From contig NZ_KK073875.1 of NCBI RefSeq assembly GCF_000585395.1, positions 1,058,407-1,082,406 on the forward strand: a DNA stretch of 24,000 nt, read 5' to 3'. The notes beneath the pieces are model-generated. The model searched no databases and was not told where the DNA came from. It saw only the letters and a program-made list of their open reading frames with translations. Positions within the stretch are counted from its first letter, which is position 1; the number at the start of each line of letters is the position of its first letter. A program made the translations under genes and the position numbers. The DNA comes from Saccharibacillus sacchari DSM 19268. Its GTDB lineage: Bacteria > Bacillota > Bacilli > Paenibacillales > Paenibacillaceae. Shown piece by piece: positions 1 through 8,123 of the stretch.

Positions 1-81
1 TTTTTCGATCTCCAACGATAATGAGTTAACGGCAGCACGGCCGTCGCCATACTTTTTGGTCACATTTTCAAAAAGGATCAT
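1..81 (-). CDS. ABC transporter ATP-binding protein, N-terminal fragment (continues off the left edge)
   Basis: Minus-strand ATG at 81-79 is preceded by GGGAGA with a 6-nt spacer. It translates MILFENVTKKYGDGRAAVNSLSLEIEK, the typical N-terminal beta-strand region of ABC ATPases just before Walker A. Only 27 aa are visible and the ORF is not in the ORF track because it is short. Confidence 0.45.
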   Translation of the reverse strand, partial: MILFENVTKKYGDGRAAVNSLSLEIEK

Positions 82-192
82 ATGTAGTCTCCCAGCTCGC
101 TTGTCGTGGAATTGGTCTGTCATTCTTCTCTATCAATACCCGATTGCGGCGGCTTGGTACCACCGGGAGAGAAAAACAAACTTTTGCTACGT

Positions 193-369
193 TCTAAAAA
201 TTACTGTTGTGGGGGGAAGCGAGAAAACTGCGAGAAAAATTCGTTCAAGACGCTGTCTCACTCGGAAAATGGATTCGATTTAACTAAGGAATTTTCCGAG
301 TTCAAAGGCGTCTTTCACTGAATTTTTCTCTCCGTTTTCTCGCTTCCAGGTATGTTTGGTTTTTGGATA
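193..369. repeat. Long palindromic (hairpin-forming) intergenic repeat, copy A
   Basis: Core 215-347. Arm GGAAGCGAGAAAAC(215-228) pairs perfectly with GTTTTCTCGCTTCC(334-347). Further pairs: GAGAAAAATTC/GAATTTTTCTC, AAGACGC(247-253)/GCGTCTT(308-314) and ACTCGGAAAAT(260-270)/ATTTTCCGAGT(291-301). Highly similar to the reverse complement of 21081-21284. Confidence 0.8.
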
Positions 370-370
370 G

Positions 371-401
371 AGAAAAAGCCCCGGAATTTGTTTTCCGGGG
401 C
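371..401 (-). terminator. Rho-independent terminator of the alkaline phosphatase gene
   Basis: GCCCCGGAA(378-386)/TTCCGGGGC(393-401) forms a 9-bp GC-rich stem with a 6-nt loop. On the minus strand it is followed by TTTTTCT and lies 23 nt after the stop codon at 424. Confidence 0.75.
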
Positions 402-423
402 TGCGTAATTTATTTTTATACGT

Positions 424-2082
424 TTAAGGGAGCAAATCTACTGCGTCTTGCGGGACGAAGAATTGTTGGCCGTTGTGGATGACGTTGCCGTTCAATTGAA
501 CGGCTTGGCCGTTCCATTCGGCTACGCTTTTGAATACGGACAGGCGCAGCGTGTTGTTGCCTTTGGTAACAACAAGTACAGGGTTGGACGCATCGCTATC
601 GTCTGTTGCGACTTGAGCGCCTTTGGCTTTGAACGCGGCTTCGGCCGGGACGAATAATTGCTTCGTTACGGCTTCAAGATCGACGCCGAGCGCGGAAGCC
701 ATTTCGCGAGCAATGTCCGTATTTTCCAGTACGCCGCTAAGCTTCTGGCCGTTCGGGGCATAGGAATACAAGACGACGTCTCCGCCCGTATGGCCGCCGG
801 ACGTCCAGCCGATATGCGCGCGTTCGCTGATCATCGGACCGATCACGCCGTTCAATCTTCCTGTGTCCGCGCGGCGGATGGCTTCGACTTCCTTGTTCGT
901 CAGGTCGGAGATTCCGTAGTATTCGGCCATGACCTGCTTGATGTTATTATTCGTGCGCGGCGTCGCAAGCTTCGCTTCCACGCCCTCGCCCGTCAGTTTG
1001 GCTTTGAGCAGCGGGGCGATGAACGTCTCCAGCGGCTCCGTGTCGTACGTGCCCGTCGTCGCGCGGTCGCCGATCGAGATGCCGCCGTTGGCGTGGTCCG
1101 TCACCGCGATCACCATCGTATTGCCGTCTGCTTTCGCAAATTCAAGCGCCTCGCCTACTGCATTGTCGAATGCGTTCACGTCGCTAATGATGCCGATCGG
1201 ATCGTTCGCGTGTGCCGCCCAGTCGACTTTGCTGCCTTCGACCATCAGGAAGAAGCCGTCTTCGTTGCGATCCAGCACGTCAATCGCTTTTGAAGTCATC
1301 TCCGCCAAACTCGGCTGTTCGTCCGGATTGCGGTCCATCTCGTAGCTCATGGCGCTATCCGCAAACATTCCCCACAGCTTATCCGAGTTGGATGCGTTCA
1401 GTTCCTCCGGATTTTTGACCAGGTCATAACCCAGGTCTTCGATAACGGCTTGCAGATCCTCGCCGTCCTCGCGTTCCTCGGCCGTAAAGTATTTCGCTCC
1501 GCCGCCCAGAACTACGTCGATGCCAGCGTACACTTGTTGTTCGCTCAGCGCGTCGTAATTGCCGCGATCCGGATAATGGGCGCTGAAGGCTGCCGGAGTC
1601 GCATGCATGATTTCGGAGGTGGCAATAATGCCCGTCGATTTGCCTGCCAGACGCGCAGCTTCAAGCACGTTCGCGACCGGCTTCTTCTCGTCGCCGGACG
1701 CGATGGCTTCAAGACCCGGCATCGTGTTCTTGTCCGGCAATACGCCCACGTAGCCCGTATGCGACTTATGTCCCGTCGCGAATGCCGTGCCAGCCGGAGC
1801 CGAGTCCGCAATAGCCGCGTCGGCGGAGTATGTACGCACGAGTCCGCTCGCCATCTCGTCCATGGCCAAGGCTTCGCCGCCGTTATACCAGCGCGCCAAC
1901 GTCGTTCCGTCCATGCCCATTCCGTCCGGAATCAGAATGATGACGTTCTGAGCTTCGATGTCCGGCTGTTCGGCGGCAATCGCCGATTGTGCGCCGGTTC
2001 CGAGCAGCATGGCTGCCGATAAAGCCCCCGCCATCCAAGCCGCTGCCTTGTTCTTTCCGCGTGCAGATTCAAGCTTTCGCAA
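424..2082 (-). CDS. Secreted alkaline phosphatase (PhoA family) with C-terminal copper-amine-oxidase-N-like stalk domain
   Basis: 552-aa ORF with a TTG start behind AGAGGAGTGGAG and a signal peptide (AAWMAGALSAAMLLGTGAQSAIAAE). Motifs IILIPDGMG and the active-site-type ADSAPAGTAFATGHK, plus metal-site-like VTDHANGG and GGHTG. The C-terminal about 60 aa (LVVTKGNNTLRLSV...NGQQFFVPQDAV) resemble the stalk domain. Confidence 0.9.
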   Translation of the reverse strand: MRKLESARGKNKAAAWMAGALSAAMLLGTGAQSAIAAEQPDIEAQNVIILIPDGMGMDGTTLARWYNGGEALAMDEMASGLVRTYSADAAIADSAPAGTAFATGHKSHTGYVGVLPDKNTMPGLEAIASGDEKKPVANVLEAARLAGKSTGIIATSEIMHATPAAFSAHYPDRGNYDALSEQQVYAGIDVVLGGGAKYFTAEEREDGEDLQAVIEDLGYDLVKNPEELNASNSDKLWGMFADSAMSYEMDRNPDEQPSLAEMTSKAIDVLDRNEDGFFLMVEGSKVDWAAHANDPIGIISDVNAFDNAVGEALEFAKADGNTMVIAVTDHANGGISIGDRATTGTYDTEPLETFIAPLLKAKLTGEGVEAKLATPRTNNNIKQVMAEYYGISDLTNKEVEAIRRADTGRLNGVIGPMISERAHIGWTSGGHTGGDVVLYSYAPNGQKLSGVLENTDIAREMASALGVDLEAVTKQLFVPAEAAFKAKGAQVATDDSDASNPVLVVTKGNNTLRLSVFKSVAEWNGQAVQLNGNVIHNGQQFFVPQDAVDLLP

Positions 2083-2213
2083 ATCGCTCCACTCCTCTTA
2101 TATGATTTCCAAACCTCTCCCAGTTTAGGAAGAGAGCGTTTGCGCAGTATTAAGAACAGTTACGATTTGTGTAAAAAAACCCCCCCTTGCTAACTACTAT
2201 GACTTACTTTTGC

Positions 2214-5200
2214 TTAATGATTCACTTCAGCTTGGAAATCATCTTTGTACGATTTGTCGGCATTGTAGAAGACAATATCGCCGTCCTGGACAGAAAATGT
2301 GTTTTTCCAGGAATCTTGCACGCTGTGCTTGAACCCTTCCAGTGTCCATTGGTTCATGAGCGGAGCGTTGATGTACTGCAAATGCGGCGCGTTCAGATTG
2401 CCGTTGCGAATGCTCTCGATATTGAAATTCAAGATGATATAGCCGTCCCGCAGGAAGATCGGATCGCGTTTGGTCAGCCCTCCGTGTGTGCGTCCATATT
2501 CGGCCAGGTTGGTTCCTTTGACGACGACATACGGATCGCCGGGCAGCGTATAATGTCCATACCACTTCTGCATCGCTGCATTGGCACGCGCAAAATCGAC
2601 CGAACCGGGAAGGTTGGCCTTGGGTCCGATTAACGTGCGGGTTTGCTCCGGCAGCAACAGGAGGTCAAAACCGCCAATCGGCGTTTTTTCTTTGGTAAAG
2701 CGGCGGATGTAGTCGGCGATAAACATGTCGCGACTGACGCCGTTCATTTCCGAAAACGTATAATAGTTGTCGTACTTATATCTGGCGGTATCGGTCAATT
2801 CCTCCTCGGGTACGTTGCGCAGACGGTCGTTTAGAATGATGTAGCGCTCTTCCGTGTCTTCCGGCGAGCCGACCTTGATGAACGTTCGGTGGTCGTCGTT
2901 GTAGTACAGATCAACAGGCGTTTGGGTCTTGCCGTCTTTGCTGACGAACGTGAAGCTTGGGGTGATGCGGATGCCGTCGGTTTTGCCGAACATATTGCCT
3001 TTGGTTTTCAGATCGAACTTGATGTGGTAGCCGGTTTTGACCGTGATGTTTTTCATGCCTTCAAGCGGATTGCTGCCGGGCAGAATCGGGAGGGTGAACG
3101 GCGGATTGTTGCCGCGCGCGGCTCCGTCAATGCCTTGCAGTCCGGTCCAGTAAGTGTTGCCCGTGTGGACGGCGCTGCCTTCTTGGGTGCGGAAGACCAT
3201 TTCCCAGTTGTAATCGGCGATATCGGTGATGTGGAAATCGTACAGCCGGCCAATGACTTCAACGTCAACCGTGTCACTTGCTACGTGATTGATCAGATCG
3301 AAGTTCGCATCTTGCTGCGTGGGTTGAATCCCCGGCGCATTCTCGGCGGTATTCCGGAACGTGACCGTATAGTCGCCTTCATCAACCCAAACGGGAAGGA
3401 AAAATTCCGTGACGATCTGCCCAACCGGGATGTTGATCCAGGTCCCTTTCGGATAGAAAATCGATCGATCGGATGAATACGTATCAAACGGGAAGTAGAC
3501 TTCTTTACTTCGGAAATACTTCGCGTAATCGCGATTGCCGTACCCCGGATAGTTTTGATGCTGCCCGCTGGTTGGCATCGTGATTGTAAACGGCCGATCT
3601 AAGATGAACGCTTGACGACTGTAGTTCGGCGTCGTTTTTTGGTTGTGCGCGGCATCATCGGATGTGGACGAATAGTTGACGACCGGCGTGTGCACCGTAA
3701 CCGGGTTGATGCCCGGGATTGGATACGTGTCGCCGTCTTCGACGTCGTAATTGTCGCTTAGCCCGGCATACGTGACGGTACCCATGCTCGGAGCCGCCAT
3801 TCGGTTAGTCTTCGTTCGTGGAATCATATGATTCGGACTATAGAGTACGTCTCGGCTGATCATGGTCCCGTTTGGTATTTTGCTCGGGACTGGCGTTTGG
3901 ACTTCGGCTTCTTGGTCACTCATAATCGTTTGACCGTTGAAGATGACTTTGTCGTTTTTGCCTGTAATTTGACCGACGACTTTCTCCAAGTATCCTTGTG
4001 CAATATCGATATCGTTGGTTGGCGACGGTCTTGATGTTCCACCATTAACGACAATCGGGGGATGTGGTGCGACAAAAGGTGCCGGTGTTTCGGGTTCGGT
4101 ATACGAGCCATCTTTTTGAAGGACTAACGTTGGCGGTGTATACCCTTCGGGGTAGATCGTAATGCTTTCGCCCTCAAACGCATAGTTTTTGAGTTCGGCG
4201 CTATCGATTTGATAGATCCCTAGCTTTTCCACGGTCCAGTAGGAGAATAATCGTTCCGTTCGTACGGGATACGGAACCTCATCCGGTTCTTCTTGAGGGT
4301 CAGGGAGTTTAGCTGGAATCGGTGGTGTTGCCGGATTGTCTTTACCGGGGTCCCACTTGAGCGTGTATTGAAGCGTCACGGGTACCTCATAGATGCAAGT
4401 AACCTTGTGTTCCAAGAATTTGTACTGATTGAGATAATTTTTCGTTAGGACATTTCCGTATAGGCTTTCCGATGTCGGGATGCCTTGCAGGACGTCAAAG
4501 ATTTCACGATCGCGCTGATCGGCTTTGATCATTGCGCTTGGCGTAGGTTGCATGTCTTCGCCTTCGATGGTGCGCCCTTCGCGTACGTTGCAGAATCCGA
4601 TCGGGCCTTGAGTGTCACCTTTTTCGGTGTAGACCCAGTAGTGATCGGGGTATTGGTACGTAAAGGATTTCATGGCGAATTCATACGCCGCGTAGTAGAA
4701 CGTCATGGCTTGAGCTTGTTTGGTCGTGTATGGAACCATAGGCCCGTTATCTTGACGAAGGTTATACTTAGCGCCATCGGGACCATGTTCTTGTGTAAAT
4801 TTGATCGTAGCATAATCTAAGTTTCGAACAGCCGCATCTGGGTTTCCGTTTGGTTCTACGCCCAGTGTGAAACTTACAATTTTAGTTGAGTCATCATTTC
4901 TTCCTGTTATACCAAGATCGCCAGTTCTGACGTCAACTTGTTTGTTAACTACTACATTTGGATTATTTGTTTCTGGGTTTTCAGCTTTAATTGTTTCTTT
5001 GCTGTCATCGATAAAAGGTGTTGTAATTTGAAGTTTTTCCTCTCCGAATGATGCATAGTAGTTTGATGTTCTTGGGTATTTAACGGTTAGCTCAACTTTT
5101 TTATAGGGATATGTTTTGTAGTTAAATTCGTAAGGTGTCCCATTATTTACGGTTCTAATTCTTTCTGTTTCAGCACCTGGCATGTTTCCTAACTCTTGCC

Positions 5201-5642
5201 AATTATCATTTGCTCCGGCAGTCCATTCGGTCGATGTAATTCCTCGCGACCATGCGAACCACGATCCGGCTGAACCGTTTTCTTTGGATATTACAGGTAT
5301 AGCTTTTCCTGTAAAGGTTTCTGTTCCTGTGTAACGTTGTGCGTTGACGTTAATTGTTTTAATTTCTTCGGTTCCGCGATAAAAAACAATCTTTTGAATT
5401 TTGTTGTTGGTACCTGCATTTTCGTTGATGGCTACTGTTGTTGCTGTTTTCTTTTTACCGAAACTCCAAGCGGTTCGTTGGGGTAGTGGTTTGACTCCGG
5501 ATTCTGATGTGTAGTTTAGTTGTTTTTTCTGAACTGCCGCTTCAATGTTTCCCTGATTCGGAAAAAAAACACTCAGCACGCTGCCCGCTAGGAGTAGTGT
5601 GCTGAGTCCGACAATGGTTAAGCGTTGCCGGGTTTTATTCAT
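2214..5642 (-). CDS. Large secreted protein of unknown function (1142 aa)
   Basis: Long uninterrupted ORF with an N-terminal signal peptide (MNKTRQRLTIVGLSTLLLAGSVLSVFF...EAA). Its ATG overlaps the stop of the upstream SLH gene (TAATG). I recognise no catalytic motif. Confidence 0.85.
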   Translation of the reverse strand: MNKTRQRLTIVGLSTLLLAGSVLSVFFPNQGNIEAAVQKKQLNYTSESGVKPLPQRTAWSFGKKKTATTVAINENAGTNNKIQKIVFYRGTEEIKTINVNAQRYTGTETFTGKAIPVISKENGSAGSWFAWSRGITSTEWTAGANDNWQELGNMPGAETERIRTVNNGTPYEFNYKTYPYKKVELTVKYPRTSNYYASFGEEKLQITTPFIDDSKETIKAENPETNNPNVVVNKQVDVRTGDLGITGRNDDSTKIVSFTLGVEPNGNPDAAVRNLDYATIKFTQEHGPDGAKYNLRQDNGPMVPYTTKQAQAMTFYYAAYEFAMKSFTYQYPDHYWVYTEKGDTQGPIGFCNVREGRTIEGEDMQPTPSAMIKADQRDREIFDVLQGIPTSESLYGNVLTKNYLNQYKFLEHKVTCIYEVPVTLQYTLKWDPGKDNPATPPIPAKLPDPQEEPDEVPYPVRTERLFSYWTVEKLGIYQIDSAELKNYAFEGESITIYPEGYTPPTLVLQKDGSYTEPETPAPFVAPHPPIVVNGGTSRPSPTNDIDIAQGYLEKVVGQITGKNDKVIFNGQTIMSDQEAEVQTPVPSKIPNGTMISRDVLYSPNHMIPRTKTNRMAAPSMGTVTYAGLSDNYDVEDGDTYPIPGINPVTVHTPVVNYSSTSDDAAHNQKTTPNYSRQAFILDRPFTITMPTSGQHQNYPGYGNRDYAKYFRSKEVYFPFDTYSSDRSIFYPKGTWINIPVGQIVTEFFLPVWVDEGDYTVTFRNTAENAPGIQPTQQDANFDLINHVASDTVDVEVIGRLYDFHITDIADYNWEMVFRTQEGSAVHTGNTYWTGLQGIDGAARGNNPPFTLPILPGSNPLEGMKNITVKTGYHIKFDLKTKGNMFGKTDGIRITPSFTFVSKDGKTQTPVDLYYNDDHRTFIKVGSPEDTEERYIILNDRLRNVPEEELTDTARYKYDNYYTFSEMNGVSRDMFIADYIRRFTKEKTPIGGFDLLLLPEQTRTLIGPKANLPGSVDFARANAAMQKWYGHYTLPGDPYVVVKGTNLAEYGRTHGGLTKRDPIFLRDGYIILNFNIESIRNGNLNAPHLQYINAPLMNQWTLEGFKHSVQDSWKNTFSVQDGDIVFYNADKSYKDDFQAEVNH

Positions 5643-6856
5643 TAGCGTGTACCACGCAGGCGAATAATGTCTTGATTGAAGAACAGTGATCCACTTGCAG
5701 GTGGTTGCAGTTTGATTGAGATGTCACTTTTTTGAACCCACCCCGTTTTCGGGATAATTACGCCTGGAATATCAAACCAGTTGTTTCGGTAAATCATAGC
5801 TGTTTGATTAAATTTCCCCGCAGAAAAGGCATCATCATTTGGTGAATCGAAACCTGATACTTCAAACTGCACGCGATTCCGTTCCGTGTATCTCTTCTTG
5901 TCTTTGTTGAAGACTTGACCGCCATCGAAATACAGCACGTAGCTGTTCAGGTTGTCCTTAACCATCAGATTCCCCATCGACAGTCGGTTATTCGACCATT
6001 TCAACGTATTCACATTCCCCAGCAGCGCGCGGTTCGGATCGTTCGGATCGGCCAGGTCGATCGCGATCAGGGCGTCAAGCTTGCCTTGATACAACCCGTC
6101 TTTCGACGTGATCGTCATGTTCTTTTCATTCCACATTTCCTCGATCGACGACTCGCCTTTATTCTTCCAATCCGAATCCGGTGTGACGAACATTTCCGGC
6201 ATCACCGTGAAGATGTTCGTGCCGTGCCAGAGGATTTCGGCGGCGCCGGTTGCGTACAGGTCGGAATCAAGTTCGCTGCCCGTGTTGACGCTCAGGATGC
6301 GCTCGATGATCACGACCGATTGGGCACGCGTCGTGAGGCCTTGCGGAGCCAGTTGTCCTTTACCGACGCCTTGGATCAGTCCGGACTTGGTGGCGAGGTA
6401 CATCCATTTGTCGTTCTCCGATGTTTTCTCGCCGATCGCACGTGCCGCGACGCGGGCCATTTCTTCGCGCGTCATCGTTTTGTTCCAACCCGAATCGTTG
6501 TTTGCGAAGTCGCTGCCGGCATACAGCCCGGCTTTCGTTGCGGCGTTGACGTATTGCGTGTACCATTTGCCGCTTGCCGGCGTGGTTTCCAGCTTCATTG
6601 CCGCGACAACCATCTTCACGAACTCGGCGCGGCTGACCGATGTGTCCGGCTTGAACGTCCCGTTGGTGTAGCCGTCGACGTAGCCCTTTGCTACGGCCTT
6701 CTGTACGGCGCTGTACGCCCAGTGACTCGACTTCACATCCGAAAAAGACGTACCTGCGGCTTGGACGCCAGAGGAGGCTCCGCTCCCCCAAAAGGCCCCC
6801 GCCAGAATTGCCGATGCTGCTGTAGCTTTCATCCATGTACTCCAAATCTTTTTCAC
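5642..6856 (-). CDS. S-layer homology (SLH) domain cell-wall-anchored protein
   Basis: Signal peptide, then SLH repeats (FSDVKSSHWAYSAVQKAVAKGYVDGYTNGTFKPDTSVSRAEFVKMVV; a second around TREEMARVAARAI and TRAQSVVIIERIL). The ORF track starts at ATG 6874, but GTG at 6856 has AAAGGGGA 6 nt upstream and gives MKKIWSTW..., so I prefer 6856. The start is uncertain. Confidence 0.85.
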   Translation of the reverse strand: MKKIWSTWMKATAASAILAGAFWGSGASSGVQAAGTSFSDVKSSHWAYSAVQKAVAKGYVDGYTNGTFKPDTSVSRAEFVKMVVAAMKLETTPASGKWYTQYVNAATKAGLYAGSDFANNDSGWNKTMTREEMARVAARAIGEKTSENDKWMYLATKSGLIQGVGKGQLAPQGLTTRAQSVVIIERILSVNTGSELDSDLYATGAAEILWHGTNIFTVMPEMFVTPDSDWKNKGESSIEEMWNEKNMTITSKDGLYQGKLDALIAIDLADPNDPNRALLGNVNTLKWSNNRLSMGNLMVKDNLNSYVLYFDGGQVFNKDKKRYTERNRVQFEVSGFDSPNDDAFSAGKFNQTAMIYRNNWFDIPGVIIPKTGWVQKSDISIKLQPPASGSLFFNQDIIRLRGTR

Positions 6857-7016
6857 TTCAAGTCCCCTTTCCATTCTTTGGTTTTAAATGTTCAGCATCC
6901 AGGCCTCCTCAATATGAACACACCCTTCTATTGTCGCTTGGTTGTAACTATTGGGAAAGTCCCATTTTTTTGTTTTCAAAGAACAATTTTATCTGTCGAT
7001 CTCTTCGGAAACACGC

Positions 7017-7061
7017 AAAAAAGCGGACGTGTCCCTTCCTTAAAGGAAAGAATGCGTCCGC
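7017..7061 (-). terminator. Orphan terminator-like hairpin in the leader of the SLH operon
   Basis: GCGGACG(7023-7029)/CGTCCGC(7055-7061) with inner TTCCTT/AAGGAA pairing. On the minus strand it is followed by six U (plus-strand A-run 7017-7022). No minus-strand CDS lies upstream of it. Confidence 0.45.
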
Positions 7062-7325
7062 GTGCTTCGCGAGTATAAACGATACCTCTTTAAACTAATT
7101 GTTTTATAGATAGAAAGCAAGCTTTTTGAATTTATTTTCTGGAATTTTGTCTAACCCTTTCTATTTGCAATTTTTAAAAGTGGAAATTTGCTTGACCACT
7201 GCTGCAGCAACCTGTACACAAAGTTGAAACAATCTCGCCGGAAACGCATAATAGAAGAAGGCTCGTCGCTTCAATCGAAGAGCCTGCTCATTGAATTTTC
7301 AGGATCGATATAGATGGAGGGTCAC

Positions 7326-7970
7326 ATGAATCAATCCAAGCTCATTGCCGTGATCGGCGGAACCGGCAGCGTGGGTCGTTATGTCGTCAGCTGCGCGCTG
7401 CAACAGGGCTATCGGGTGCGCATGCTCGCGCGCAGCGTAAGAAGCATGCAATTGCCGCCGGAAATGGCAGCCCGGCTTTCTGTCATTCAAGGCGACGCGA
7501 CGCGCTTCGATTCGCTGCGCGATCTGCTGAACGGCTGCTCCGCGGTGATCAACACCTTCGGACGTCCCCCGCAAGAAGAACCTCTATACAGCAGCGTCAC
7601 GCGACGGGTACTCGAAGAAATGGAACGAGCCGGAGTTCGGCGCTACATCGGGGTTACCGGGTTGTCCCTGAAGCTTCAGGGCGACCATAAGTCGATCGGC
7701 GGACGCGTAGTCTCGCGCATGCTGCGTTCCCTGCATCCTCAGTTTGCCCAGGATCGCTTGGCCGAACTGGCCGTCCTTCAGAGCAGCTCCGTGGAATGGA
7801 CACTCGTCCGACTGCCGGTCGTCAAGGAAGGTCAGGGCGGCTGCGCGATCAAAGCCAACGCGGATCGAATGACGGGAAACCGGATCTATAACGGAGACGT
7901 CGCCCGTTTCCTCGTCAACCAGATCGACGAAGCGGAGTATGTGCGCCGCTGCCCGTTTATCGGAAACTAA
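7326..7970 (+). CDS. NAD(P)-binding oxidoreductase (NmrA/atypical SDR-like)
   Basis: Rossmann motif IAVIGGTGSVGRYV at the N-terminus and a length of about 214 aa. ATG 7326 has GGAGGG 6 nt upstream; the ORF-track ATG at 7314 overlaps that RBS. Confidence 0.75.
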   Translation: MNQSKLIAVIGGTGSVGRYVVSCALQQGYRVRMLARSVRSMQLPPEMAARLSVIQGDATRFDSLRDLLNGCSAVINTFGRPPQEEPLYSSVTRRVLEEMERAGVRRYIGVTGLSLKLQGDHKSIGGRVVSRMLRSLHPQFAQDRLAELAVLQSSSVEWTLVRLPVVKEGQGGCAIKANADRMTGNRIYNGDVARFLVNQIDEAEYVRRCPFIGN

Positions 7971-8123
7971 ACATTTTAGTGCATCGGCTCGTACCCATAA
8001 ACAAATAGACTTAGGCGCGTGCGCAAGCCGATCTTTTCCGATGCCGCTCCGGACGGAAGCATGTAGATCCGTTCGAAGCGGCGAGTTTGCGTCCGCGCCG
8101 ATAAAAGGGGAGGAATCGGAGTC

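Noticed and set aside
56-321. Two small plus-strand ORFs (75 and 71 aa)
   Set aside because: They run through the ABC-ATPase start/leader and the palindromic repeat. They have no RBS, and the repeat explains the open frame.
2083-2213. PhoP box repeats upstream of the alkaline phosphatase gene (TTTACA ... TAACTG ... TTAATA on the minus strand)
   Set aside because: Only one good TT(A/T/C)ACA hexamer is present, and the spacing of the weaker ones does not fit the 11-bp periodicity convincingly.
5915-7078. 387-aa plus-strand ORF (and the nested 6108-6671 and 6360-6845 ORFs)
   Set aside because: They are antisense to or overlap the SLH-domain gene and have no RBS or motifs. The composition is typical of shadow ORFs.
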